A stretch of DNA of 64,000 nt from an uncultured Clostridia bacterium (GCA_944383315.1 CALWPB010000002.1:17144-81143); one strand, 5' to 3'; shown: positions 18,122 to 28,607, counted from the first letter of the stretch. Program-made: numbers and translations. Notes: generated by a model from the sequence alone, not told the origin.

Positions 18122-19948
18122 ATGGATTTAAAAACGAAAGTAGCAGAACTTCCGCAAAACAGCGGAGTTTATATTATGAAGAATGCGGACGGTGAAGTGA
18201 TTTATGTCGGTAAGGCGAAGAATTTAAAAAACCGTGTTTCGCAATATTTTCAGCATAGCCGCAATCATACTGTAAAAGTAACAAGTATGGTAAAGAACAT
18301 TGCGGATTTTTACTATATCGTAGTACCAAATGAAGCGGAGGCATTGGCACTAGAAAATAATTTAATTAAGAAATATCAACCATATTACAATATTTTACTA
18401 AAAGATGGAAAGTCATATCCTTATATTCGAATTGATTTAAAGCAAGACTTTCCGCGCCTTGATATAGTCCGTAAAATTAAGCGCGATGGTGCTAAATATT
18501 TCGGGCCATATTTTGCAGGTGTTCGCCCGCTTGATTTAATCAAAATGATAAACAATGCATACCCGCTACGTATGTGTAAGGGGAAGTTACCAAAACGTGT
18601 GCGCCCTTGCATCAACTATGACTTAGGGTTGTGTAGCGCACCTTGTTGTAAATTAATTACAAAAGAAGAATATCGCAAGTTGATTAATAAAGCAATGGAC
18701 TTTTTAAACGGCAAATTTGGCGAAGTGCAGCAAATTTTACAGCAGAAAATGACAAGACTTGCAGATAATGAGCAGTTTGAACTTGCGCTTACAATTCGCG
18801 ATGACTTAAATATGCTTGACCGAATCAAACAACACACACTTACATTTATGCCGAATCTTGACAATATTGACGCGTTTGCGTGGGCAAGTAATGGTTCGGT
18901 TGCTAGTGTTGCCGTACTTGTGATTCGTGGCGGCCGTAGTGTTGGGGTGGATTGTTTTCACCTTGTCGACCCTGAACTTAATGTCGAAGATAGTCTTACG
19001 CAGTTTATTACTCAATACTATTCAACTACTGCAATTCCGCCAGAGCAAGTGCTTATTCCATTCGAGCCTGATGGGGTACTAAATGAATGGCTTACCGAAC
19101 AACGTAAGTCAGCCAGCATTGGTAGAACAAGCAAAGTAGAATTACTTTGCCCTAAAAAAGGCGAGAAAAAGAAACTTGTAGCTATTGCGCAACAAAATGC
19201 GGAAATGTATCTTGAAAAAGCAGTTGAGAAGGAAAAGCGCATAAATGACTTTACCGTGGGCGCTAGTGAAAAGTTGGCACAAATCTTGGGTATTACTAAG
19301 CCAATACGCCGTATGGAATGTTATGATATTTCTAATATCGGTGGAGTGTTGAGTGTTGCATCAATGGTAGTTTTTGTAGACGGTGAAGCAAAAAAGAGCC
19401 ATTATCGTAAATTCCGTATCAAAACTGTCGAAGGAGCAAACGACTTTGCAAGTATGCAAGAAGTTATTACCCGTAGGCTCAATGAACTTAAAAACCCTGA
19501 CAGCACTGACCCAAGTTTTAGTAGCAAGCCTGATTTGATTGTTGTAGATGGTGGAAAAGGACAGTTGTCTAATGCTGTTGAGGCAATGCAAAAATGTGGT
19601 TTCAATATTCCAATGATAGGGCTTGCAAAACAGGAAGAAGAAGTATTTGTGCCAAATCGTCCCGAGCCTATTATTATTCCACGAACTCATAATTCATTGA
19701 AGCTCTTACAACGTATACGTGATGAGTCACACCGATTCGCTATTATGTATCACCGCAGTTTGAGAAATAAAATAACAAGTATTTTGCAGGAAATAGAAGG
19801 GATAGGACCTGTAAAACGTAAAAATTTAATAAAAACATTTAAATCTATTGATAATATTAAAAATGCCTCGATAGACGAACTAAAAGCCGTTAATGGCATC
19901 ACAGAAAAAGATGCAGTGAATATTAAAAAATATTTTGATGTCGAATAA
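18122..19948 (+). CDS. uvrC: excinuclease ABC subunit C
   Basis: GIY-YIG N-terminus (GVYIMKN..EVIYVGKAKNLKNRVSQYF), a Cys cluster and a C-terminal HhH. MDLKTKVAELP aligns with the N-termini of other UvrC proteins, so the start is set at 18122. Confidence 0.93.
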   Translation: MDLKTKVAELPQNSGVYIMKNADGEVIYVGKAKNLKNRVSQYFQHSRNHTVKVTSMVKNIADFYYIVVPNEAEALALENNLIKKYQPYYNILLKDGKSYPYIRIDLKQDFPRLDIVRKIKRDGAKYFGPYFAGVRPLDLIKMINNAYPLRMCKGKLPKRVRPCINYDLGLCSAPCCKLITKEEYRKLINKAMDFLNGKFGEVQQILQQKMTRLADNEQFELALTIRDDLNMLDRIKQHTLTFMPNLDNIDAFAWASNGSVASVAVLVIRGGRSVGVDCFHLVDPELNVEDSLTQFITQYYSTTAIPPEQVLIPFEPDGVLNEWLTEQRKSASIGRTSKVELLCPKKGEKKKLVAIAQQNAEMYLEKAVEKEKRINDFTVGASEKLAQILGITKPIRRMECYDISNIGGVLSVASMVVFVDGEAKKSHYRKFRIKTVEGANDFASMQEVITRRLNELKNPDSTDPSFSSKPDLIVVDGGKGQLSNAVEAMQKCGFNIPMIGLAKQEEEVFVPNRPEPIIIPRTHNSLKLLQRIRDESHRFAIMYHRSLRNKITSILQEIEGIGPVKRKNLIKTFKSIDNIKNASIDELKAVNGITEKDAVNIKKYFDVE

Positions 19949-19954
19949 AGTACA

Positions 19955-19996
19955 AGCGTCCTCGCATACAATTTAGCATGTGGAGGGCGCTTTTTT
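19955..19996 (+). terminator. uvrC terminator
   Basis: agcgtcctc (19955-19963) pairs with gagggcgct (19983-19991) with one G-U pair, followed by T6. Confidence 0.65.
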
Positions 19997-21023
19997 GTCT
20001 TTAAATCGAAACGAACGCATCTTTTTTGCAGTGTTTACTGTTATTGTGGCTACATTCTTGTTTGTGGCTCCGTTCTTTATACTTCCACGTATTTATGCGG
20101 GTCGTGAAGGCTGGATAAATACAGCACCGCCAAATTCAGTAATACTAGAACTGTGGGAAATAGATACTTTTGAAGGTGGCAGTGCAAGCCGAGCAAAATT
20201 TTTAGAAAAAAATGCATATCTATATCAAACCGAGGTGCTAGACACTTACGTGTTAGTGCGCGCTTTGGGACTAGAACAAGCGCATACTATGCTTTCACAA
20301 GGTTCACGACCAGATATTGTTAGTTTTGGGATAGGCGCGGGTGAGTTAATACAGCCTATAAGTACAGAATTCGGTGAAATAGATGGTGTGCGTGCTGACT
20401 TGCTCTCGGGTGGTTTATATGAGGGTAATCAATACGCAGTACCGTGGTGCTTAGGTGGTTATGTATTATGTGCAAGCAGTGATTTCGGCGAAATTAGCCA
20501 AGATAATTTTTCACAAAAAGGTGAAACCTGCGGAAATAATTTAATTATAACGGGCTGTAACTACAACGTGCCAACACTAAATTTAAACGAAAATTATTCT
20601 CAATATCTTGCGAATGACAAATACACCCAATACGAAGCATATGATGCATATTTACACAATTTAGAAAATAAGGTGCTATTAGGCACACAACGTGATTTTT
20701 ATCGGCTTAATAATAAAGTTGATAATGGAGTAATTAACGCAATGAATTATGAGTACATCGACAATTACACCGATTTAATACAATATATGACAATAACTAC
20801 TGACAATGAAAAATTTATACCTTATGCTCAAAAGTTTATCGAATTTATCACATCTGCTCGTATACAGCAAAAACTTACAAGCATCAAGATGTTTACAGTA
20901 AATGGTGAGTATATATACAATGATGAATATGCCGATTTTGAAAAGGCACTGAATAATAAACTACAAGTGCTAAATGTATTTACCCCAAATGTAAAATTAA
21001 CAGAACTTCAAAATAAAAGGTGA
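19995..21023 (+). CDS. hypothetical membrane-anchored protein; start uncertain (ORF open from 19980)
   Basis: N-terminal TM segment (IFFAVFTVIVATFLFVAPFFIL) followed by a ~300-aa soluble domain. There is no ATG before the TM. The candidates are GTG 19980 or TTG 19995, the latter 7 nt after ggaggg. Confidence 0.55.
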   Translation: MSLNRNERIFFAVFTVIVATFLFVAPFFILPRIYAGREGWINTAPPNSVILELWEIDTFEGGSASRAKFLEKNAYLYQTEVLDTYVLVRALGLEQAHTMLSQGSRPDIVSFGIGAGELIQPISTEFGEIDGVRADLLSGGLYEGNQYAVPWCLGGYVLCASSDFGEISQDNFSQKGETCGNNLIITGCNYNVPTLNLNENYSQYLANDKYTQYEAYDAYLHNLENKVLLGTQRDFYRLNNKVDNGVINAMNYEYIDNYTDLIQYMTITTDNEKFIPYAQKFIEFITSARIQQKLTSIKMFTVNGEYIYNDEYADFEKALNNKLQVLNVFTPNVKLTELQNKR

Positions 21024-21026
21024 TAT

Positions 21027-21944
21027 ATGTCTGTTTTAACTGATTTAAAAAAGATTTGCACACATACATTTGAAAACTTTTCACTCCGTAGCCTTACGAC
21101 ATTTAAAATTGGCGGAATAGCAAAATATGTTGTTTACCCCGAACAAGCAGCACAGTTGCGTGAAGTTTTTGATTATTGCATAGAAAAAGATTTAGATTGC
21201 TTTGTTTTGGGGGCAGGCTCAAATGTGTTGGCTGATGATAATGGCTTTGACGGTGTGATTATTTGTACTAAAAAACTCAATCAAATTAGCAAAATTTCGC
21301 CGTGTCGAATTCGCGCAGGGGCGGGAGTGTTACTTTCAAGTATTGTGCGATTTTGTGCAGCCGAAGGCTTGACTGGTCTTGAATGGGCGGCAAATATTCC
21401 AGGTACGATTGGCGGAGCGGTCGTTATGAATGCTGGGGCATTTCATGGGCAAATTTCAACAGTAGTCGAGAGTGTAACTGTTTATACAAGTGGGAAAACC
21501 GAGATTTTACCGAAATCAAAACTTTTTTTCGATTATAGGCATAGTGTTTTTACAAACTCAAAAAATTGTGTTATAATGGAAGTTGTTTTGAAATTAAAGA
21601 AAGGCAGTCCAGAACAAATTAATGCAAATATTAGACAAAATGTGCTTGCTCGTGCTAGCACGCAAAATGTTGGCTACGCAAGTGCTGGGAGTGTGTTTAA
21701 GCGGCAAGGTAAAGTTATACCAGCAAGATTAATTGAAGAATGTGGTTTAAAGGGGGAGCGCATAGGTGATGCTATGGTTTCACCTGTACACTCGGGATAT
21801 ATAGTTAATCTTGGTAAAGCCACAGGCAGTCAAGTAAGTGCATTAATTAAAAAAATAAAAGAACGGGTTTTTAATAAATTCCACGAGCAGTTGGAATGTG
21901 AAATTATTTTCCTAAAAGGAGAGAACAAATGCAAAGATTCGTGA
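21027..21944 (+). CDS. murB: UDP-N-acetylenolpyruvoylglucosamine reductase
   Basis: FAD-binding N-terminal domain (TFKIGG..GAGSNVL) and C-terminal SAGSVFK/ECGLKG motifs. Confidence 0.93.
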   Translation: MSVLTDLKKICTHTFENFSLRSLTTFKIGGIAKYVVYPEQAAQLREVFDYCIEKDLDCFVLGAGSNVLADDNGFDGVIICTKKLNQISKISPCRIRAGAGVLLSSIVRFCAAEGLTGLEWAANIPGTIGGAVVMNAGAFHGQISTVVESVTVYTSGKTEILPKSKLFFDYRHSVFTNSKNCVIMEVVLKLKKGSPEQINANIRQNVLARASTQNVGYASAGSVFKRQGKVIPARLIEECGLKGERIGDAMVSPVHSGYIVNLGKATGSQVSALIKKIKERVFNKFHEQLECEIIFLKGENKCKDS

Positions 21945-22660
21945 TGACGGGAGATTATCACACCCATACATTTTATAGCGATGGAACAAGCAGTATTGAA
22001 GATAATGTTATTGTTGCTATTGAGCAAGGTTTAAAAGAAATAGGTATTACAGACCACGGTTTTAATCACGTATCGGGTGGAATAAAACGTACAGATATAC
22101 CCAAAATGCGCGAAGAAATAAATAATTTGCAACAAAAATATCCACAAATCAAAATTTTGCTAGGAATTGAGGCAAATTTGCTTAATTATAATGGAGATGT
22201 AGACCTTACAGAAGACGACATAAAATCCCTTGATTATGTTATTTTAGGTATTCATAAATTGACCTTTGGGAAAGGGGTAAAAGGAAGTTTTCGCTTTAAT
22301 TTGAGAAATTTCTTTTGGGATACTTTAAAGCATAGGCGCAAGATTACACAAAGTTATATCAAGGCTATGGAGCGATATCCTATAAAGGTAATTGTTCATC
22401 CAAATTATGCCACAGGTTGTGATGTAGCAGGACTTGCCAAGGCTTGCGCTGAAAAAGGTGTGTTGATAGAATTTAATGGCAAACGCATTTATTTTGATGA
22501 CCAAGAAATGCAAACTTTAATAGATAGTGATGCAAAATTTATAATCGGTAGCGATGCACACCGTGCTACTAATGTTGGCAAATGTATGCTGCAATATGAA
22601 TTTTTAAAAAATTATAACTTTCCGCTAGATAGAATTGTTAATATAAAATATAACGAATAG
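21929..22660 (+). CDS. PHP-domain phosphoesterase (histidinol-phosphatase-like)
   Basis: GDYHTHTFYSDG..ITDHG..HPN..GSDAH metal-ligand pattern. RBS aaggag. Confidence 0.8.
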   Translation: MQRFVMTGDYHTHTFYSDGTSSIEDNVIVAIEQGLKEIGITDHGFNHVSGGIKRTDIPKMREEINNLQQKYPQIKILLGIEANLLNYNGDVDLTEDDIKSLDYVILGIHKLTFGKGVKGSFRFNLRNFFWDTLKHRRKITQSYIKAMERYPIKVIVHPNYATGCDVAGLAKACAEKGVLIEFNGKRIYFDDQEMQTLIDSDAKFIIGSDAHRATNVGKCMLQYEFLKNYNFPLDRIVNIKYNE

Positions 22661-22714
22661 GCTTTTCAAAATGCAATTTTTGGTATATAATAATCGGTAC
22701 AAAAGGAGAGAGTT

Positions 22715-23695
22715 ATGTCATTTTCTTATGATGCAAAAGCAGAAGTCGCAAATACAGAACTACCCGAGACTGACCATTGCGCCCGCGCAGAACTTGGCGG
22801 GCTTATTCGTACTTGTGCCAAAATTGCCGAAGATTATACAATTACCATTGTTACCGAAATAGAAGATTTATTTAAGCGTGTTTGCGGTCTTATTGAATTA
22901 TTGTATCAGCAAGGAAATATGCTTACTCTCGAACGTTGCGAACGTCCTAATCATGCTATAAGATTTAACATTATATTTCCAAAAGTTTTGAGCGAACAGG
23001 TATTGCGTGATTGTTATATCTTGCGCGAAAATTATGCAGGTAATCTAGAAATTGCAAACGGGGTTTCTAGGCATTTAATTGAAAATGATTGTTGCGAGCG
23101 CGAGTTTATAAAAGGCGTGTTTATGGGCTGCGCTAGCGCAAATATTGTTATAAAAGATATAAATAATTTGAAAAAGCATACAGGCGGTTATCATCTCGAA
23201 TTTGTGTTTTCAAATCATACACTTGCTGGCGACTTTTCGCATATTTTGTCGCAATATGACATTTATAGCAAAATTATGCAACGCAAAAAACTAACTGTTG
23301 TCTATATAAAGGAAGCCGAAGTTGTAAGTGATGTATTAGCACTTGTTGGAGCAACTAATGCTGTGCTTACTTTGCAAAACGAATTTGCGGTGCGTGAAGT
23401 GCGCAATAAATTAAATAGGCAACTAAATTGTATGAATAGTAATCTTGAAAAAATGGTTAATGCAAGTCTTAAACAAATTGCAGCCATTGAATATATTTCA
23501 GATACCGTAGGCTTAGAGGCTTTGCCAGACAATTTGTATGAACTTTGTGTATTGCGACTTGCTAATCCAGAAGAAACACTTGATAATCTTGCAAAACTTA
23601 TGAACCCACCGTTAACAAAAAGTGGTATCAACCATAGATTACGCAAAATTGTTAAATTTGCAGATGAACTAAAAAAGAAAAACGAGGAAGAATGA
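22715..23695 (+). CDS. whiA: DNA-binding sporulation/cell-division regulator WhiA
   Basis: MSFSYDAKAEV..HCARAELGGLIR, a degenerate LAGLIDADG core and a C-terminal HTH. Confidence 0.93.
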   Translation: MSFSYDAKAEVANTELPETDHCARAELGGLIRTCAKIAEDYTITIVTEIEDLFKRVCGLIELLYQQGNMLTLERCERPNHAIRFNIIFPKVLSEQVLRDCYILRENYAGNLEIANGVSRHLIENDCCEREFIKGVFMGCASANIVIKDINNLKKHTGGYHLEFVFSNHTLAGDFSHILSQYDIYSKIMQRKKLTVVYIKEAEVVSDVLALVGATNAVLTLQNEFAVREVRNKLNRQLNCMNSNLEKMVNASLKQIAAIEYISDTVGLEALPDNLYELCVLRLANPEETLDNLAKLMNPPLTKSGINHRLRKIVKFADELKKKNEEE

Positions 23696-26600
23696 TGGAA
23701 AAATTTGTGCATTTGCACTTACATACTGAATATAGTTTGCTCGATGGAGCAGCACGAATAAAGAAGTTAGTCAAGATGCTTAAAGAGCGCGGTGCACCAG
23801 CCTGCGCAATTACTGATCACGGCAATATGTACGGTGCTGTAAAGTTTTATGAAGAGTGCAAGGCAAACGATATTAAACCAATCATTGGTACAGAATTTTA
23901 TGTAGTTGATGACCTAAACTATAAGCAAGGGAAGCCAAATCCCGCGCACCTAATAATTCTTGCGAAAAATGATAAGGGCTACCATAACCTTTGTAAACTT
24001 AATAGTATTGCGTGGGTTGAGGGTTTCTATTACAAACCACGTATTGATTATAAGACTTTGGCTGAATATAGCGAAGGACTTATTTGTAGTTCTGCCTGTC
24101 TTGCGGGGGATATCCCTAGATTACTTGCTCAAGGCAGATTTGATGATGCTGTGAAATTTGGTGAAAAATTGCGTGATATGTTTGCACCGGGGGACTTTTA
24201 TATTGAAGTACAGGACCACGGAATAGAATTGCAACGCCAGATTTTACCTGATTTATTTAAACTTGCTGATGTGCTTGGAGTAAAGACAATAGCCACAAAT
24301 GATGTGCATTATTTGTACCCCGAAGATGCGGAAATGCAGGACATTATGCTGTGTATCCAGACAGGTAAGACAATAGATGACCCAGACCGTATGAGAATGG
24401 ATGGAAATCAGTTTTATCTCAAGACCGAAGCCGAAATGCGTCAAGTTTTTGCAGCACACCCCGAAAGTATAGACAATACCCTTGAAATAGCGGAAAAATG
24501 CGATGTAACTCTTGATTTCCATAGCCAATTTTATCCCAAATTTACAGCGCCAGATGGCAAAAACAATGTTGATTATTTGTGGGAACTCGTAAATGCTGGA
24601 CTTATTAAACGTTATGGCGAGATTACACCCGAGATAAGAGAACGTGCCGAATTTGAAATGAATACGCTTATTCACAGTGGTTATGTTGACTACTATCTTG
24701 TTGTGTGGGACTTTATTAACTGGTCGCGTGAACACGATGTACCTATTGGACCAGGACGTGGCTCGGGGGCGGCTAGTATCTTGGCTTATGCCATAGGTAT
24801 TACACTTATTGACCCCTTAAAGTATGACTTGTGGTTTGAGCGTTTCTTAAACCCTGAACGTATTAGTCCGCCAGACTTTGATATTGACTTTTGCCCTGTA
24901 CGTCGAGAGAAAACCATTGATTATGTTATTGAAAAATACGGTGAGCCAAATGTTAGCCAGATTATTACATTTGGTACAATGGCAGCAAAGGCGGCAATAA
25001 AAGACGTTGCACGTGTATTAAAAATGCCATATAGTGAAGTCGATAAAATGACTAAACTTTTCCCAACAAAAATGCCTCATTCACCAGCAATAGAAAAGTT
25101 GTTTGGGCTGAGTAAAAACCCCGAGGACGCGCAATATGTCGTACCCGACCTAAAAGCAATGTATGATAGTGATGTATTGGTGCAAAAAATTGTAGATACC
25201 GCAATTAAACTTGAAAATATGCCTCGAAATACAAGTATTCACGCGGCGGGTGTCGTTATATGTTGTGATCCTATTTCAGATCACGTTCCACTTGCTAAAA
25301 ACGGTGATATGGTTACAACTCAGTTTGACAAGAACGAAACAGAGCATTTAGGACTTCTCAAAATGGACTTTTTGGGACTCATTACTCTTACTGATTTGGA
25401 CTTGATGTTAAAGACGGTCAAACAACGCACAGGGGAAGACATTGATTTCTATGCTCGTGATTTTCCTTATGATGACCCAGCAGTTTACAAACTTATAGGC
25501 TCAGGCGACAATGACGGTGTGTTCCAACTTGAAAGCGGCGGCATTTCGAACTTTGCAAAGGAAATGAAACCCGTAAACATCGAGGAAATCATCGTTATTC
25601 TTGCAATGTATCGTCCGGGGCCTATGGACGAAATACCTACATATATCAAAAACCGTAAGAACCCTGAGTCTATTGTTTATGCCGACCCAAAAATGAAAGA
25701 TGTGCTTGGTGTTACTTATGGGGTTATGGTGTATCAAGAACAGGTTATGAAACTGTGTCAGGTGCTGGCAGGTTATACAATGGGACAGGCTGACGGTGTG
25801 CGTAAAATTATGGGTAAAAAACTAGCCGACAAACTTCCTATTGAAAAACAGCGTTTTATCTATGGTTGGGAAGACCCAGAAGGCAAGAAGAGCATTGATG
25901 GTGTGTTAAAGCGCGGTATGAAACTTGAAGATGCTGAAAAACTTTGGAGTCAAATGGAAAAATTCGGTAGTTACGCATTTAACAAGGCGCACGCAGCCGC
26001 TTATGCTTTTATTACTTATCAAACTGCTTATATGAAACTTTATCATATTACTGAATTTTATTCGGCAATTATGAACAACCGTATTACAAAAAGTGATGAA
26101 CTTACTCACTATATGGAACTTGCTCGTCAGCACGATATTAAGATTTTGCCCCCAGATGTCAACAAAAGTCAGGCATACTTTAGTGTTGAAGATGACAAGG
26201 TCATAAGATATGGTCTAGGGGGACTTAAAAATGTAGGTGTGGCTATTGTTGAAGACTTGGTAGCAGAGCGCGAGAAGAACGGCGAATTTACAAGTTTACA
26301 GGACTTTATTAGTCGTATGGGTAGCCAAGCACACAATAAGCGATTCCTTGAATCTATGATTTGGTCAGGTGCTTTTGATTGCTTTAAAGTGCCACGCAGT
26401 CAAATGATAGCGGTTTATGAAAAAATTGTGGAGCGTGTTGCTAGCGACCGCAAATCACAAAATCAGGGGCAACTTACACTGTTTGATAATGTATTAAAGG
26501 AAGACAAAACTTTCAATGTAGTACAATATCCAGATATCCCTGAATATGATAACCAACAAAAGTTGCGTTATGAAAAAGATGTATTGGGGGTTTATGTAAG

Positions 26601-27249
26601 TGGGCATATTCTCGACCAGTACAGAGATAAATACAAGGAATTTAACCTAAACAGCAATATGTTGATTCCTATGACAATTCAAAGCGAAGACGGGGAAGAA
26701 GAATTGACTGTTTATGAAGGGCTTGAAGATGGCAAAGCGGTCAAATGTGGCGGTATCATAACAGCGGTTAAACGAATGAATACTAAGGTAGGCAACAAGG
26801 AAATGGCAGTTGTAACGGTCGAAGACTTGTTTGGCAATTTTGAAGTGCTGGTGTTTCCTAAAATTTATGAAAAGTTTAAACATATGCTTCACGTTGATGC
26901 AATGATGACTTTTGTAGGCAAGTTGAGCATAAAGGAAGGCGATAGACCTATAGTATTGCCTGATGATATTATTCCTTGGGAAACTAAAAAGCCAACAACC
27001 CAAGATTTGCCAAAGAAAGTAGAGCCTCAAAAAATCACAAAATTGTATTTAAAATTTGATTTGACAGATGATAATATAAAGAACAATATTATTTCGGTGC
27101 TTTCACGATACCCAGGTAATCACCAAGTTGTAGTAAAGTGTTGCAAGCAAAATAAGGCATTTATGCTTCCATTTAAAGTTGACGGTAGTACGGCTTTGCA
27201 AAATGAACTTTTTGGATATCTCGAACCCGAAAACATAGTGTTGGCTTAA
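23692..27249 (+). CDS. dnaE: DNA polymerase III alpha subunit (DnaE type)
   Basis: PHP N-terminus FVHLHLHTEYSLLDGA; the polymerase core and OB fold are colinear with DnaE. Confidence 0.97.
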   Translation: MMEKFVHLHLHTEYSLLDGAARIKKLVKMLKERGAPACAITDHGNMYGAVKFYEECKANDIKPIIGTEFYVVDDLNYKQGKPNPAHLIILAKNDKGYHNLCKLNSIAWVEGFYYKPRIDYKTLAEYSEGLICSSACLAGDIPRLLAQGRFDDAVKFGEKLRDMFAPGDFYIEVQDHGIELQRQILPDLFKLADVLGVKTIATNDVHYLYPEDAEMQDIMLCIQTGKTIDDPDRMRMDGNQFYLKTEAEMRQVFAAHPESIDNTLEIAEKCDVTLDFHSQFYPKFTAPDGKNNVDYLWELVNAGLIKRYGEITPEIRERAEFEMNTLIHSGYVDYYLVVWDFINWSREHDVPIGPGRGSGAASILAYAIGITLIDPLKYDLWFERFLNPERISPPDFDIDFCPVRREKTIDYVIEKYGEPNVSQIITFGTMAAKAAIKDVARVLKMPYSEVDKMTKLFPTKMPHSPAIEKLFGLSKNPEDAQYVVPDLKAMYDSDVLVQKIVDTAIKLENMPRNTSIHAAGVVICCDPISDHVPLAKNGDMVTTQFDKNETEHLGLLKMDFLGLITLTDLDLMLKTVKQRTGEDIDFYARDFPYDDPAVYKLIGSGDNDGVFQLESGGISNFAKEMKPVNIEEIIVILAMYRPGPMDEIPTYIKNRKNPESIVYADPKMKDVLGVTYGVMVYQEQVMKLCQVLAGYTMGQADGVRKIMGKKLADKLPIEKQRFIYGWEDPEGKKSIDGVLKRGMKLEDAEKLWSQMEKFGSYAFNKAHAAAYAFITYQTAYMKLYHITEFYSAIMNNRITKSDELTHYMELARQHDIKILPPDVNKSQAYFSVEDDKVIRYGLGGLKNVGVAIVEDLVAEREKNGEFTSLQDFISRMGSQAHNKRFLESMIWSGAFDCFKVPRSQMIAVYEKIVERVASDRKSQNQGQLTLFDNVLKEDKTFNVVQYPDIPEYDNQQKLRYEKDVLGVYVSGHILDQYRDKYKEFNLNSNMLIPMTIQSEDGEEELTVYEGLEDGKAVKCGGIITAVKRMNTKVGNKEMAVVTVEDLFGNFEVLVFPKIYEKFKHMLHVDAMMTFVGKLSIKEGDRPIVLPDDIIPWETKKPTTQDLPKKVEPQKITKLYLKFDLTDDNIKNNIISVLSRYPGNHQVVVKCCKQNKAFMLPFKVDGSTALQNELFGYLEPENIVLA

Positions 27250-27262
27250 AAGGATATAGATT

Positions 27263-28240
27263 ATGAAAAAAATAGGTGTAATTACAAGTGGTGGCGATGC
27301 GCCAGGTATGAATGCGTGTTTGAAAACAGTTGTTGAAATGTCATATAATTATGGCTATGAGTGTATTGCGTTTAAACGCGCATACAAGGGAATAATTGCA
27401 AATGATTACTTCAAAATTACCAAGGCAGATGTCGCTAGTATTTTTAATATTGGCGGTAGTATGATTTATTCGGCGCGTAGTAAGGAATTTTATGAGCCCG
27501 AGTACAAGAAAATTGCAGCCGATAATATCAAGGCTTTGGGGCTTAAAGCATTAGTTGTAATTGGTGGCAATGGTAGTTATATGGGTGCGGCAAGCCTCGC
27601 TGAATTAGGGGTAAACGTTATTTGTATTCCTGCTACTATTGATAACGATGTTCACTCTACAACCGAAGCCATAGGGTTTGATAGTGCTGTAAATAATGCT
27701 ACCAATATGATAGACAATATAAAACAGACAATGCAAGCAAACGAGCGAATTTCTATTATTGAATGTATGGGTAGACACGGGGGTAGTATCGCTCTTTATA
27801 GCGCAATGGCAAGTCAAGCGGACATTGTCGCTGTGCCCGAAGATCCATTAAACAAAGAACATATTTATAGATTTATTCGCGACCAGTTGAATTTTGGGAA
27901 TAATAGTCCAACTCTTGTAGTTGCTGAAAAACAATACGATGTCTATGCTCTTGCAAAAGATGTTGAACATGATTTTGGACACGAATGTCGCGCGGTAATT
28001 TTAGGTTATATGCAACGTGGTGGCAGTCCTACAGTTAAGGATAGAATGTTGGCAATAAGATACGGAGTTGCTGCTATTGAAGCAATAGATGCAGGGGAGA
28101 AAAATATCGCCATAGGTCTTGACAATGATAGAATTATTTCAACACCGATTGAAAAAGCAGTGAAAATGCATACAAATTTCAGACAAGATTTGTACGAAGC
28201 ATTTAAATTACTTAATAACCCGCGCAACAAGTCAAAATAA
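27263..28240 (+). CDS. pfkA: ATP-dependent 6-phosphofructokinase
   Basis: IGVITSGGDAPGMNA, IGGNGS, PATIDND and MGR motifs. Confidence 0.95.
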   Translation: MKKIGVITSGGDAPGMNACLKTVVEMSYNYGYECIAFKRAYKGIIANDYFKITKADVASIFNIGGSMIYSARSKEFYEPEYKKIAADNIKALGLKALVVIGGNGSYMGAASLAELGVNVICIPATIDNDVHSTTEAIGFDSAVNNATNMIDNIKQTMQANERISIIECMGRHGGSIALYSAMASQADIVAVPEDPLNKEHIYRFIRDQLNFGNNSPTLVVAEKQYDVYALAKDVEHDFGHECRAVILGYMQRGGSPTVKDRMLAIRYGVAAIEAIDAGEKNIAIGLDNDRIISTPIEKAVKMHTNFRQDLYEAFKLLNNPRNKSK

Positions 28241-28367
28241 TATTTTAAAATATACAAAATAACCTAATTTTGTATATTTAATTACAAAAATTTATAAATA
28301 TACTCAAAAACGTTTGGCTTTTTCGATAAATTTTGCTAAAATATGAATAATTAAAGGAGGTATAAAT

Positions 28368-28559
28368 ATGCCTTTTCAAATTATTTGTATGAAAAACAAA
28401 CAATTTTGGAGTAAGTTTGTTTCAGTTATGTGCGGTTTTGCGCTTGTAATCGCTGCAATGGTGATAGTTTTCCCAACTAATAACACCGATACTAGCCAAA
28501 CTATTCAAACACAAACAACGACAACAACAGCAGAAGCAAGTGATAGCGAGCAACAATAG
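28368..28559 (+). CDS. hypothetical small membrane protein (63 aa, Thr/Gln-rich tail)
   Basis: Strong RBS aaaggagg, one TM segment (FVSVMCGFALVIAAMVIVF), and its own terminator. Confidence 0.5.
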   Translation: MPFQIICMKNKQFWSKFVSVMCGFALVIAAMVIVFPTNNTDTSQTIQTQTTTTTAEASDSEQQ

Positions 28560-28578
28560 TTTGATAATTTTTAGCACC

Positions 28579-28607
28579 AAAAGATACTTTTTTAGTATCT
28601 TTTTTTC
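28579..28607 (+). terminator. terminator
   Basis: aagatact-ttttt-agtatctt followed by a T-run. Confidence 0.7.

Noticed and set aside
22671-22862. ORF 22671..22862, which overlaps the start of whiA in another frame.
   Set aside because: whiA has a strong RBS and a conserved N-terminus at 22715. The overlapping ORF has no RBS and no recognisable features.
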